NCBI GenBank assembly: GCA_938075155.1
Contig: CALJGL010000001.1
Location: 20,181-84,180 of the forward strand
Direction of reading: 5' to 3'
Length of the DNA: 64,000 bases
DNA from: an uncultured bacterium
Lineage (GTDB): Bacteria > Planctomycetota > UBA8108 > UBA1146
Shown here: one piece after another, positions 33,177 to 44,800 of the stretch
Position numbering within the stretch: the first letter of the stretch is position 1
How the letters are laid out: each line of letters starts with the position of its first letter
Position numbers and translations under genes: made by a program
The notes under the pieces: generated by a model
The model's database searches: none
Seen by the model: the letters and a program-made list of their open reading frames with translations, nothing else
Told to the model about the DNA's origin: nothing

Positions 33177-34703
33177 TCAAGATCCGAACTGAATGCCCTG
33201 CGCGAGTGGTAGCTCCTTTGAGTAATTTATCGTGCAGGTCTGACGTCTCATGTAAGCCTTCCAGGAATCGGAGCCGGATTCACGTCCTCCTCCGGTGTCC
33301 TTTTCTCCTCCGAAAGCTCCACCGATTTCTGCTCCACTTGTTCCAATATTGACATTGGCAATTCCACAATCGGATCCAACAGCGGAGAGAAACTTCTCTG
33401 ACTCTTGCACATCACGGGTAAAGATGGCACTGGAAAGTCCTTGAGGAACCTCATTATGCCAATCGATCACTTCATCCAGATCGGAATAACGCATCAGATA
33501 GAGGATAGGAGCAAAGGTTTCTTCATGAACTATCTTCATATCATGGCGAGCGCGAACCAATGCGGGCTCAACATAGTGACCACCGGCAGGAACTGATTCA
33601 GTACGGCGATTTCCGCCCAGAATCACTTCCCCTCCTTCTTCCACAACCTGAGTTAATGCCGAAAGCATATTCTCCACGGACTCATCATTGATCAGAGGGC
33701 CCATCAATATGCCATCCTCGAGGGGATCACCGATGGTGACCTGACCGTATGCAGAGATCAGTTGTGCTTCGAGTTCATCGGCGACACTTTCGTGAATAAA
33801 GAGACGACGGGTTGTCGTGCAACGTTGTCCTGATGTCCCACATGCGCCAAAGAGTACCGCACGGGTTGCCAGATCGAGATCGGCATTCTCAGTCACGACG
33901 ATGGCATTGTTTCCTCCCAATTCGAGAAGGCTACGCCCCAATCGCTGTCCGACGACCTCTGCAACTCTTCGTCCCATTCGGCAAGACCCTGTTGCACTGA
34001 TTAATGGAACCCTGCGGTCAGCGATGAGAGCTTCTCCGACGGGATCCGCATCGCCAACGATCAACCCGAAGATCGGCGGAGCTTCCATTTCGTCCAGAAC
34101 TTTTTGTGCAATCTTATGTGTTGCGATAGCGCAAAGAGCCGTCGCTGGAGACGGCTTCCAAATGACAGCATCGCCACAGGCAGCGGCAACCAGTGCATTC
34201 CATGACCAAACCGCAACAGGAAAATTGAAGGCTGAAATACATCCGACGACTCCCAGTGGATGCCATTGTTCATACATTCGGTGCCCAGGGCGTTCAGAGT
34301 GCATTGTCAAACCATAAAGTTGACGAGAGAGGCCCACGGAAAAATCGGCGATGTCGATCATCTCCTGAACTTCGCCAAGCCCCTCGGGGAGTATTTTCCC
34401 CATCTCTGCAGTCACAAGACGACCTAATGGATCTTTATGCTCCCTAAGAGCCTCTCCGATCCTTCGCACCACTTCCCCTCTTAGGGGAGCGGGCCAAGTC
34501 CGCCATTCCTGAAAAGCCGCGTGGGTCGAGGTAACTACTTTTTCGTAATCCTCGAGCCCACCACAGGTCACAGTCCCCAATAAGGACCCATCGATCGGTG
34601 AACGACACTCTAGTTGGGGCCCTTGAGCCTCGAGCCACTGATCAGAATAAGCACCTGAATTGGATTCTCCAATTCCCAGAACGTCCAGAAAAGTACGATC
34701 CAT
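33177..34703 (-). CDS. Aldehyde dehydrogenase, ALDH7 or piperideine-6-carboxylate dehydrogenase-like
   Basis: LELGGNNA, GTSGQRCTTTRR, GGEKDTGGGRESGSDSWKAYMRRQT. Confidence 0.93.
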   Translation of the reverse strand: MDRTFLDVLGIGESNSGAYSDQWLEAQGPQLECRSPIDGSLLGTVTCGGLEDYEKVVTSTHAAFQEWRTWPAPLRGEVVRRIGEALREHKDPLGRLVTAEMGKILPEGLGEVQEMIDIADFSVGLSRQLYGLTMHSERPGHRMYEQWHPLGVVGCISAFNFPVAVWSWNALVAAACGDAVIWKPSPATALCAIATHKIAQKVLDEMEAPPIFGLIVGDADPVGEALIADRRVPLISATGSCRMGRRVAEVVGQRLGRSLLELGGNNAIVVTENADLDLATRAVLFGACGTSGQRCTTTRRLFIHESVADELEAQLISAYGQVTIGDPLEDGILMGPLINDESVENMLSALTQVVEEGGEVILGGNRRTESVPAGGHYVEPALVRARHDMKIVHEETFAPILYLMRYSDLDEVIDWHNEVPQGLSSAIFTRDVQESEKFLSAVGSDCGIANVNIGTSGAEIGGAFGGEKDTGGGRESGSDSWKAYMRRQTCTINYSKELPLAQGIQFGS

Positions 34704-35517
34704 GTCTCTCGCTCACCTTCAATATTCAACTTGATCTGAATCAGCCTGCGCCAAATGAAACATGGCAAAAAAGCAGGAAGTAGAGGCCAGAACACTCAAC
34801 GGGCTTCAACCCTTCGTCGGGTACCTCTTTATTCGTCAAAGTAAACAGCACTGCCGATGTTTAAAGAAAACAGCGCTGCCTGGTGCAAAATAAACAGCCC
34901 GGCGAAGGAAATCGAGTCGAACCGGTTTGATCTCGCCAACGACATCTCTACAATTTCGTTCTCAGAGGCCCGCATCGGAACTAATTACCGCACTCTAAGT
35001 CCTTCATGAGGATCTGAAAAAAAATATTGAACTTTTCAATCTTTGGGCCTGTTTTTTAATGCTTCGGCTTTTTTAAGCCTTTTTAGCCCTTTCCCAAGGG
35101 GCCCTACACCTATACAAACTGAAGCTCACAATCCCTGATTGATAGGTATGACATTTTTTTATTCTCCCTACTCTTGCGGCCGGAATTTCATGGTTACAAT
35201 CGAGGAGGCTCTGGGCGTGTCCCAAAGTGCGTTTTGAGAAAATAGAACATGAATCCAACCTCTGTTTATTGGTATTGGATTCGAAAAGGGTGCCCATGTA
35301 TTTTTGTGGCGTCCCTGACTCTTCAAACGGGCTTAGACGTGTCAATTTGCTTTTGGACAACTTGATTACTCGGACAATTTAAAATTGAAAAGATCTCTTT
35401 TCTGTATTTAACCGGCCCTGGGCCGTGAGAAATACGGAAGAAACACTTGGTGATAAACCCAAGTTTAATTTGAAACTTTGATAAACCAGCAACTCCAGTC
35501 GAAAGGGAGTTTGACTT

Positions 35518-38500
35518 ATGAAAAATGCAATGTTGTTAGGACTTATTGCCTGCTTAGCAGCGCTCGTTCCTTTCACCTCCATCGAAGCCCAACCCGCAAA
35601 TGATGAATGTGCAACTGCACAAATCGTCGGCGAAGGCTCATTTCCTCTCGACAATACTGGATCGGTCGTAGAAGGCCCAACAGACTGTGACGCCCAAATG
35701 AGCACAGATGTCTGGTTCCTCTACACCGCCACTGATACAGGAAATGCTCTTATCGAGACCTGTAACACTCTTGGAACGATGGACGACACCGTTCTTATCG
35801 TTTACGACGGCGCACTGGGTTGCCCGACGGCAGGCGCAGCCTGCCTCGTCAGCGATGACGACGGTTGCACCGCTCCAAACTTTAGTTCCACAGTACAGCT
35901 GCCTGTCATTTCAGGTGAGTCCTACCTCGTTCAGGTCGGTGGCTGGAATGGCGCAGTGGGATCGAGTGACCTCAGTATTTCAATCCTTGGTGCAGAGATT
36001 TGCGATGACGGCATCGATAACGACGCCGACGGAGCCATCGACTGTGCAGACATCGACTGTGGTGGCGACCCTGTCTGCGGTACCGAAATTTGCGACGACG
36101 GAATCGACAACGATGGCGATGCAGCTGTCGATTGTGCCGACCTCGACTGCATAGGTACTCCCGCCTGTCCTTCAGCAACAAATGACGACTGTGCCAATGC
36201 CACACCCGTCGGAGAAGGTATTTTCCCCGTTGATAATACTATTTCGACACTAGACGGCCCCACCGACGCTGATGCGAACATGGGTACAGACGTTTGGTAC
36301 CTCTACACCGCAAGCGAAACCGGCAATGCTATCATCCAGACTTGTGAGACTCTGGGCACCTTGGATGACACTGTCATCATCGTTTACGACGGTGCTGCAG
36401 GTTGCCCAATTGCTGGATCTCCATTCCTCGGGAGCGATGACGACGGCTGTGCAAACCCAGCCTTCAGTTCTATCGTGAACATTCCCGTCTTTGCTGGAGA
36501 CACCTACCTTGTTCAGGTCGGTGGCTGGAACGGTGCAGTGGGAACAAGTGATCTCGATATTTCGATCGCTGCTCCCGAAATCTGCGACGACGGAATCGAT
36601 AACGACTTCGACGGCACCATCGACTGTGCAGATACAGACTGCATCGGCTTCCCAACATGCGGAGCTGAAGTCTGTGACGACGGTCTTGATAACGACGGCG
36701 ATGGACTGATCGACTGTCTCGACTTGACCGACTGTCTCGGAACCCCTTCCTGTCCTGCGGCCAGTAACGACGAATGCATCACTTCGACAGAAATCGTCAT
36801 CACCGGTTCGGGTATCTACACGGCAGCGATGGACAATAACTCCGCTTCCACGGGACTCGATCCTCTTCCAACTATTCCCTGTAACGTGTTGGGACAGCTG
36901 GCCAACGATATCTGGTACTCCTTTACTCCCGACGTGGACATGAGTGTTGAACTTCACACCTGTGACCCCCTCGGATGGGATACAGATTTGGTTCTCTACG
37001 AAGGCGCAGATTGCAGCCTTCTCACAGAATTAGCTTGTGACGGTGACGGAGTGGGCCTCACGGGCTGCCAAGGATTCTACAGTTACATCAACTTTGTTCC
37101 GGTCTTCGCAGGAGTTGAATACAAAATCCGCTGTGGTTCATGGGGTGCTGGTCTAGGCACTGGACTTCTGACTCTGAATGCCGTGATTCCAGGTGTTGAG
37201 GACTGCCTCAACGGTCTTGACGATGACGTCGACGGACTGACCGACTGCGCAGACCCCGACTGTTTCACTGAGCCCAACTGTGATGAATCTCAAAACTGCT
37301 TCGACGGCATCGACAATGATGTCGATGGTCTGATCGACTGCCTTGACGACGATTGTGCCGCTGATCCGGGTTGTGCCGAGATTTGTGACGACGGCTTAGA
37401 CAATGACGGTGACGGACTGATTGACTGTGCAGACAACACCTGTGCATGCACCGCAGCCTGCCCCATACCTCTGGACGCCGATGAATGCTGTTCGGCACTC
37501 CCAGTCACTGACGGAGCGAATGCTTTCGACACAACTCTGTTAACTGATAGTGGTAACAACATCACCAACTGCGGAGGTGGCTTCGGAGCGATGAGCACCG
37601 ATGGTTGGTTCTCATACACTGCAACCGCAGACGGTAGCCTCTTTTGGGATACATGCGATGCGGCTTCATTCGATACTGACGTAAACGTCTACACCGGATC
37701 TTGCGACGCACTCATCGACGTTGATTGCAACGGAGATGGCGTGGGTCTCACGGGCTGCCAAGCATTCTACTCCTCTGGTGGTTTCCAGGTTCTTTCAGGT
37801 GAGACTTACTTTATCCGTATCGGTGGATTTGGTGCAGGAACTGCAGGATTGGGCACACTGAATATCAGTGTCACCTGTGCAGATCTGATCACCGGCTTTG
37901 CCGGAGCAAACGACTGCTCAACTAACGATGTCACGTTAACTTGGGATCCTGCTGGTTACGACACTTACGACGTTTCCAGAGACGGTGTGGTTCTTGCCAC
38001 CGGTCTTCCCGCTGGCACCGTCAGCTACATTGACAGTTCTGGACTGGCCAATGGCACATACAACTACGAAGTTTCAGGCGTCTGTAACGCAGGTGGTGGC
38101 GATACCCAGCAGACGAGTGTCTCTGTGGCATGCTCCTCAGGTGGAGAAACAGACCTGATCATCAATACTGATCCAGGACTTGGACTGGTTGATAGTACGG
38201 GTGCCCTTGAAGTCGCTCTGACCGCCAACGGCATCGCATTCCTAACCGTTCCGGATGCACCTGCAACCCTTCTCGGTAGCGTCATCGGTTCATACGAAAG
38301 AGTCTGGGTCATGACTGGTACCTTCGGCTCCGACGGCCGTTTGACGAGTGCCGACAGTGATGCACTGGGTTCCTGGATTGAAGCTGGAATCGGCGTCTAC
38401 CTCGAAGGTGGAGACCACTGGGGATTCGCAGTAAATGCCGGTAACTTTGATAACTACGACGGCGTCATTGGCGCTGCAGATGGAGATGACACCTTCGTCA

Positions 38501-39105
38501 GCATGAACGGGTTAGATACTCTGATCGGAACCGACTGGAGTGATCTCCTCGGCGTGCCCTACACTCAGGATCAGGCGGGTAATGACTGGACTGACCAGTT
38601 GACCGTTGGCCCCGAGTTGGGTGGACCCGATGTTGGCGCGATCTGGCAAGAGGCCGCTGGACTTTACACCACGGGTGCTCTTAGCCTGAACCAAGACTTG
38701 GGAGGTAGCCCCATTGGAGTTGCCCTTATCCAGTCTTGGGAATTTGGTGGCTTCGGTGGAGATCAGACCGATCTCGCTGCACGCATGCTCGCTGCATTGG
38801 GCGGCAACAGCGGTCCTGTCGGTCCAAACTTCGGCCGTGGTGACTGTAATGCCGACGGCGGATTTAACATTGCGGACGCCATCTTTGTGTTGGCTGCACT
38901 CTTCAGTGGAGGACCGTCTGGGACTTGTCTCGACGCCTGTGATTCCAATGACGATGGCGGAGTCAACATTGCGGACGCGATCTTCTCACTGGCAGCCTTG
39001 TTCAGTGGTGGTCCTCCTCCGAGTGCTCCTGCGCCCGGCACCTGTGGTCTAGATGCCACCGATACCGACGCACTCGACTGTGTGTCATTCCCACCATGCC
39101 CGTAA
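35518..39105 (+). CDS. Large secreted Cys/Asp-rich modular protein with C-terminal dockerin-like domain (protein A)
   Basis: Signal peptide; four NDxC-initiated modules; seven ExCxxGxDxDxDGxxDC repeats; FN3-like segment; C-terminal [16 protein letters not shown]...[12 protein letters not shown]. Confidence 0.88.
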   Translation: MKNAMLLGLIACLAALVPFTSIEAQPANDECATAQIVGEGSFPLDNTGSVVEGPTDCDAQMSTDVWFLYTATDTGNALIETCNTLGTMDDTVLIVYDGALGCPTAGAACLVSDDDGCTAPNFSSTVQLPVISGESYLVQVGGWNGAVGSSDLSISILGAEICDDGIDNDADGAIDCADIDCGGDPVCGTEICDDGIDNDGDAAVDCADLDCIGTPACPSATNDDCANATPVGEGIFPVDNTISTLDGPTDADANMGTDVWYLYTASETGNAIIQTCETLGTLDDTVIIVYDGAAGCPIAGSPFLGSDDDGCANPAFSSIVNIPVFAGDTYLVQVGGWNGAVGTSDLDISIAAPEICDDGIDNDFDGTIDCADTDCIGFPTCGAEVCDDGLDNDGDGLIDCLDLTDCLGTPSCPAASNDECITSTEIVITGSGIYTAAMDNNSASTGLDPLPTIPCNVLGQLANDIWYSFTPDVDMSVELHTCDPLGWDTDLVLYEGADCSLLTELACDGDGVGLTGCQGFYSYINFVPVFAGVEYKIRCGSWGAGLGTGLLTLNAVIPGVEDCLNGLDDDVDGLTDCADPDCFTEPNCDESQNCFDGIDNDVDGLIDCLDDDCAADPGCAEICDDGLDNDGDGLIDCADNTCACTAACPIPLDADECCSALPVTDGANAFDTTLLTDSGNNITNCGGGFGAMSTDGWFSYTATADGSLFWDTCDAASFDTDVNVYTGSCDALIDVDCNGDGVGLTGCQAFYSSGGFQVLSGETYFIRIGGFGAGTAGLGTLNISVTCADLITGFAGANDCSTNDVTLTWDPAGYDTYDVSRDGVVLATGLPAGTVSYIDSSGLANGTYNYEVSGVCNAGGGDTQQTSVSVACSSGGETDLIINTDPGLGLVDSTGALEVALTANGIAFLTVPDAPATLLGSVIGSYERVWVMTGTFGSDGRLTSADSDALGSWIEAGIGVYLEGGDHWGFAVNAGNFDNYDGVIGAADGDDTFVSMNGLDTLIGTDWSDLLGVPYTQDQAGNDWTDQLTVGPELGGPDVGAIWQEAAGLYTTGALSLNQDLGGSPIGVALIQSWEFGGFGGDQTDLAARMLAALGGNSGPVGPNFGRGDCNADGGFNIADAIFVLAALFSGGPSGTCLDACDSNDDGGVNIADAIFSLAALFSGGPPPSAPAPGTCGLDATDTDALDCVSFPPCP

Positions 39106-39150
39106 TCACAGGCATTAGGGTTTAAGCGGCTCTGCTTTCAGAGTCACTTT

Positions 39151-39188
39151 GAAGGGATCTCTCCAAATGGAGAGATCCCTTTTTTTTT
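39151..39188 (+). terminator. Intrinsic terminator
   Basis: AAGGGATCTCTCC-AAAT-GGAGAGATCCCTT followed by a long T run. Confidence 0.9.
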
Positions 39189-39446
39189 GCATACGTGGGC
39201 CCATTTCTCACCCACATTGAACTGCCCAAAAGCCTAAAGTTTTAAGTTCCCAGATATACGACACATCTGACTCAACTCTCTTTCATGACTAAACTGTCAT
39301 GCAAGTCACATAGGCCTCGCATGTATACTTCGTAATATATATGTTCTATTTGTATAGTTATTCACCTCAGGTCGAAGTGGTCCTTTATGCCCACATTCTT
39401 CGCCTTCGAAACATTATCAATCTTGAGAACTAGGCCTGGAATTATC

Positions 39447-41498
39447 ATGCTTTCAAACTCGTCGAGTTTAATAACGTCCCAGATTCTCCATCGGTCGATA
39501 AACCTACTGATCATTTCCGTGGCCTTATTGATCAGTTCTCGTTGTCAATCTCAGGTGATCCCTACAGGACTCCTCGAAGAAACTCCCCCTCGATCCGCGA
39601 ACACCTCATCCGGAACGGGTCCGCTGTCTCCTTCGGATCTCGTCGCGGGTCCTTTCTCCCTCTCCGGGAGCAGTGCCTACGGCATCTGTTACATGCCTGG
39701 AAATAACCCTTGGGGACTTCCGATCCTTGTGGTGGCTGAACTCTTCAGTGCTGAAAGCTGGGTCTACAATGCGCTGGATTTGACACCACTCTCGTCCATT
39801 CCAAATCCCCCATCTGGAATTTCTGTAACAGGAGTCACGACAGATGGGACTTATTTGTATTGGGGAGTGATCAATCCACCCGGTCCCAATGAACTCTGGA
39901 GATCCAATCCGGACGGAAGCTCTGCGTTTCTTCTCGGAGAGGCAGACATTCAAGGTGGTGGATTTATTGGAGGACTTTGCTGGGATGGGAATCAAGGCAT
40001 TTGGGCTAACGACATCACCGCGGATCAATATGACCTTCTCTCCATCAGTGACGGTACATATTTAGGCGTATCTGTTGACCACCCAGATGGAGGTGGAATG
40101 GGGAACGGCCTTGCCTTCAGAGCCGACTGTCAACGTCTCGCCATACCTCATGGGCATGACTTCTCAGGGAGAGTAACGACGATTTCGAGTACCTCGACAC
40201 AAAGTTCAATCCCCCTAGGCCCCGTGGACATCAGTGAGAACGGTTTCTTCATCAATGGAATTGAAAGCTCTCGCCCCGCAGTCGATCCGATGGCTGATCC
40301 GTTTGGGATCTTCACATATTGGGTCGTCGATAATTCCAGCAACACCATATCAGTCGTAGAGGGGCACGACGGATGCCCAACTCTCATCGACCCCATCCAA
40401 GAGTTTGAATGCAGTGCTGACAGCGATGGTGTCATCCAAGTGACATGGAACAGATCTTCTCAAATCGAGAATATGGAGATCCGTCTCGATGGAATCCTAA
40501 TGGCGACCGTTCCAGCGAGTCAGGGGAACTGGACGGGTGTGTCACCGACACTCCCAGACGTCCTACGGATTCAAATCCAGGGTTTCAATGGCAATAATTG
40601 GACCCCCCCCACCCACTGTGACTTGGTTCTTCCAGGATGTAATCCCTCTGTAATGGAAGTCGCCCACGTCACCAATAGCGAAGAGTTGGCTTTGGGAACT
40701 CCATTTTGTGGAGACTTGAATGGACACTTGGAACAGTCCTATTGGAGATCGTTTTCTCCATGCCTCTCTCCATTTTCACTCTCTGACGGTTTGATTCTGG
40801 AATCTATTCGATTGGGCATTGAGCAATCTGACCCAGCGCCGGGTATGCAAACCCAACCCCTCGTCCTCAAGATCTATCAGGACCCCGACGGTGGCGACGT
40901 GGGTCCAATATCCACTTTGGTTCTCCTCCATGAACAAGTATTCCTAGCTCCGGCTCTCTCTATGAATCATTTATGCGTCACGTTGGATGCTCCCCTAACA
41001 ATTCCGTGTGATCTCGACGTCGTTGTAGAGATTTTTCTTCCCGACGGTAGTCTCGATGGACATGTTTTTGTTCTGGGTTCAAATTCAAATGGTGAATCTC
41101 ATGAAACATGGCTTTCAGCACCGGGATGCTCCATCGACTCACCCACCCCTCTCTCTAACTTGGGATACATCAATCGTCACATCGTGATGCAGTTCAGAGG
41201 ATCACTTCCGGATTCAAACTTCGCTCGGGGTGATATCAATTCGGACAACTCCATCAATTTGGTCGATGCTGTTTTATTATTGGAAGCTCTATTCACTCCA
41301 GGCGCAGAACCCTTGAACTGTCAAGATGCCGCGGATGGAAATGACGACGAAGGCGTGAATTTGGCGGATGCCATTTTTATTCTCAGCTACCTTTTCATTC
41401 CTGGGTCACCTGAGATTCCCGATCCGACAACCTCATGTGGCCCTGATCCCACCTCTCCAACTCTTCTGGATTGTCAAATTCATCCAAATTGTCCCTGA
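39447..41498 (+). CDS. Secreted protein with beta-propeller-like N terminus and C-terminal dockerin-like domain (protein B)
   Basis: Hydrophobic N region; repeats such as GVTTDGTYLYW and GLCWDGNQGIW; C-terminal FARGDINSDNSINLVD...DGNDDEGVNLAD. Start is 39387 or 39447. Confidence 0.82.
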   Translation: MLSNSSSLITSQILHRSINLLIISVALLISSRCQSQVIPTGLLEETPPRSANTSSGTGPLSPSDLVAGPFSLSGSSAYGICYMPGNNPWGLPILVVAELFSAESWVYNALDLTPLSSIPNPPSGISVTGVTTDGTYLYWGVINPPGPNELWRSNPDGSSAFLLGEADIQGGGFIGGLCWDGNQGIWANDITADQYDLLSISDGTYLGVSVDHPDGGGMGNGLAFRADCQRLAIPHGHDFSGRVTTISSTSTQSSIPLGPVDISENGFFINGIESSRPAVDPMADPFGIFTYWVVDNSSNTISVVEGHDGCPTLIDPIQEFECSADSDGVIQVTWNRSSQIENMEIRLDGILMATVPASQGNWTGVSPTLPDVLRIQIQGFNGNNWTPPTHCDLVLPGCNPSVMEVAHVTNSEELALGTPFCGDLNGHLEQSYWRSFSPCLSPFSLSDGLILESIRLGIEQSDPAPGMQTQPLVLKIYQDPDGGDVGPISTLVLLHEQVFLAPALSMNHLCVTLDAPLTIPCDLDVVVEIFLPDGSLDGHVFVLGSNSNGESHETWLSAPGCSIDSPTPLSNLGYINRHIVMQFRGSLPDSNFARGDINSDNSINLVDAVLLLEALFTPGAEPLNCQDAADGNDDEGVNLADAIFILSYLFIPGSPEIPDPTTSCGPDPTSPTLLDCQIHPNCP

Positions 41499-41828
41499 TA
41501 TGACCATTCTGGAGTCGTGACAGGTTAATCAGGTGCTTGACCCCGGACGTGGGACAGGTAAATTTGGGATATTGGGCGAATGAGTATTTTTTTCATTTAT
41601 TTGAGGCTGTTGATGGTCTCGCAGTTATGAGTTTCGTATTGCAGAGGGCAGAACCTCTACATACGAAAAGATGGATACTCTTAGCAATAATTTGAATTTT
41701 AGTTTCCAGCATCACCCAGAGATGTTGTGAACACTTATCCTGCCATCAGATGGCATCTCGAAGTAATCAACATATTAACCGGCCAATCCGGCGTGGATTT
41801 GCCATTAAACCAGGAAGGGTTTTCTAAT

Positions 41829-44800
41829 ATGAGACACCTACCAATTCTTGCAGCACTCTGCGTGCTACTCAGTGGAGGCGTAGTTCATGCTCAGGGAGCT
41901 GACGAATGCGCTAACGCACAATCCATCAATCTCGGAGCTCCGGGAACGGTCACTGTTGTCGTGGACAACACCGCCGCGACAAACAGTGCTGAACCATTGA
42001 GCGCTGGCGGTACGTGCCCAAACACAGCTATCGGAACCACCGAGGCTGATGTTTGGTACAGTTGGACCGCACCAAATACTGGCCTTTTGGATGTCAGTAC
42101 CTGCGTTAATCCAGGTCTTCTCGACACTGATATTTATCTTTACGATGCCAGTGGCGGTTGTGCTGCTCTGATCGAAGTCGGCTGTAATGGTGACGGCGTT
42201 GATGCTAACGGCGTAGCATGCGTGAATTTCGGTTCAAACATTGTAGGTGCACCTGTTTTTGCTGGCGTGACTTACTTTTTAAGAGTCGGTGGCTGGGATG
42301 CTGGATCTCTCGGAACGACCGACATGGATGTCACATTCACTCTGGGTACGGTCGCTCCAGATAACCTGACCTGTAACTATGACGCCTTGACAAACGAAGC
42401 CGCTCTCACTTGGGATAACCTAGATCAATACGACACTCTTGATTACTACCTCAATGGTACTCTTACAGGACAACTCGACGGCACTGCTGGAGCAGCTACC
42501 GGAATCGTGAGTGGTCTGGTACCCGGCTCCAACGAGATCTGCCTTGAAGGTACCATTGGCGGAATCGCCAGTACTCAAACATGCTGCATCGTCTACATTG
42601 CCGAGCCATGTCCTCCGACTGTTGCCGCAACCATGTCTCCGATTGCCACGGTCATTCCTCTTATTGGAACCGTCTCCTGTAATGCAGCCGGACTTCACGC
42701 CGACAACTCATACCTGCGTTCCTTTGATTTGGTCAATGGATACGGAGTCAGCGACGAGATTACAGTCGAATGCGTAACGACAGCTGTCGACGTTTCCACT
42801 CCAGGTGCTGCAGGTACTCAGCCTGTCCGAGTTCGCCTGATTGTTGACGTCAACGGTGGTGGTCCACAGAACTTCACCTATCTTGCGGGAACCAATGTCG
42901 GACAAACTCCGGATATTGGAAACAACTCCATGATCATGGTCTACGAAGAAGAGTTCCAGCTTCCTGCTATCCAGGGACTTGAAAACTTCAACTTCGTTCT
43001 CGGTACCGGTGTCGTTGACCCGGATGCCCTCGGCGCCAACAATCCGACACTTCAGTGCATGACCGCATACGGACCCAGTGCAACTCTCGCAGTTGAGATT
43101 TTCACTCCCGACGGACAAACTGACGGACACTCATACTTCATGGGTGCTTCTGACACTGCTGTCGAAAATGGAGTCAGTTACATTGTTTCATTGGCTTGCG
43201 GCCTGAACAGCCCCAGCCCTCTCTCCGGAATTGGTTTTCCCAACAACCGTTACATCATGGACGTCGGCTACTCCGTCGCAGTTGCAGGAACCTGTGGCAG
43301 TGCTGGTGGGGTTTCCAACCTTCAGTGTAACCAAACTGTCGGAGAACAGACCTGGAACCTGACATGGGACGACGCCGGTGGTGCCACCTCATGGATCGTT
43401 GAAGTCGACGGCAATGTGGAGGCCATCCTTCCGAGCACCGACTTGGCGTTCACGACTGGACCCCAGTTCGAGTACCAAGATGTTGACGTTTTGATCAGCT
43501 CCTGGACTGGACCTGGTGGAACCGGAACATTGATCAACTCTGCGGGTTGTACTCTTCAAACCGCCCCAGCCAACAACTGGCCAGAGGGTGCAAGCATCAC
43601 TGCTTCAGGTACTTTCCAGCAGGAGATTGCCACACCGTACACAACGACTATTGGTCAGCCGCTCGATATCGCTGTTTGTGACCCGGGAACTGGTGTCGTC
43701 CAGATCAACAACGACATCTTCTTGCGCTACACCGCTACCAACGACGGCGATGTTTTAGTCAGTACCTGTAACCCAAATACGGCCATCAACGGTGATGACA
43801 CCATGCTTGCCGTCTACACATATGACGCCGCTCTTCTCGATGATCCGAATCTCGCGATCGCCTGTAATGACGATGTCAATGTAGGTGCAAACCCGACTAA
43901 TAACCCCGCCTGTAACGTTTTCCTCGCTGAGGCGATCTTTGCAGCGACAACAGGAACCGAGTACCTCATTCGTCTCGGTACCTTCAACGCAGCAGGTACA
44001 GGAGCACTCGAGTACACGATTAATGATTGTGTCCCTGCGACCAACATCTCAGGAGCTTCAGAGTGCACCACGGGAGACGTGACCTTGAACTGGACACCGA
44101 ACCCGAACGCTGCGTCTCAGGAAATCCTGCGTGACGGCGTTTCTCTCGCAGTAATAGGCGCAACAGAAACCAGTTACATCGATTTGGGTGTGGCTGATGG
44201 CAACTACCTTTACGAGGTAGTGACCGATTGTGGTGGCGGCCCCAACCCCATTGGCGTCGCAATCTCTGTGCTGACCTACGCGGGTCAGACTGACCTTATC
44301 TTCGCGGTTGAGGGACTTCTGAACGCTGGAGACCCCGGACTGGTAGACAGTGGAGCACTTCTTGAAACCGCTCTTGCGGGTGCCGGAAGAACCGTCGGCT
44401 TGATCCGAGGTAGCTGGCTTGATTACCCCTGTGCCAGTGACGCAGGAGTTTCCAACGTCTGGATTCTGGCAGGAACCGTACCTAACGATTACCGCATCTC
44501 TGTCGCTGAGGGTGACGAACTCGCAATACTTGGAGAAGCCGGTAAGGGCGTTTACTTCGAAGGTGGAGATCACTTCGGATTCATTCACGCAGCCAGCCTG
44601 TTTGACTCTCGTGATGGCGTGGACGATGGTACATACGATACTGGTGACGGAGATGACACCTTCACCGCCATGGACGGAGCAGATTCCGGACAGGGTCTCG
44701 ATATGAGTGCCAATGCTGATGTGCCTTACACTCAGGATCAGGCTGACAACGACTGGACAGACCAGTTGACGGTGGCCAATGCTGATACAGGACTGTCTGG

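Noticed and set aside
35990..37460. GACGAC/TGCGAC-rich DNA repeats as a CRISPR or DGR signal
   Set aside because: Explained by protein-level Asp/Cys repeats; no adenine-specific template/variable pair was noticed and no reverse transcriptase is in the window.
41727..41828. Upstream starts in the ORF track for proteins C (41727) and D (45595)
   Set aside because: Downstream ATGs at 41829 and 45631 have better RBS context and begin directly with signal peptides.
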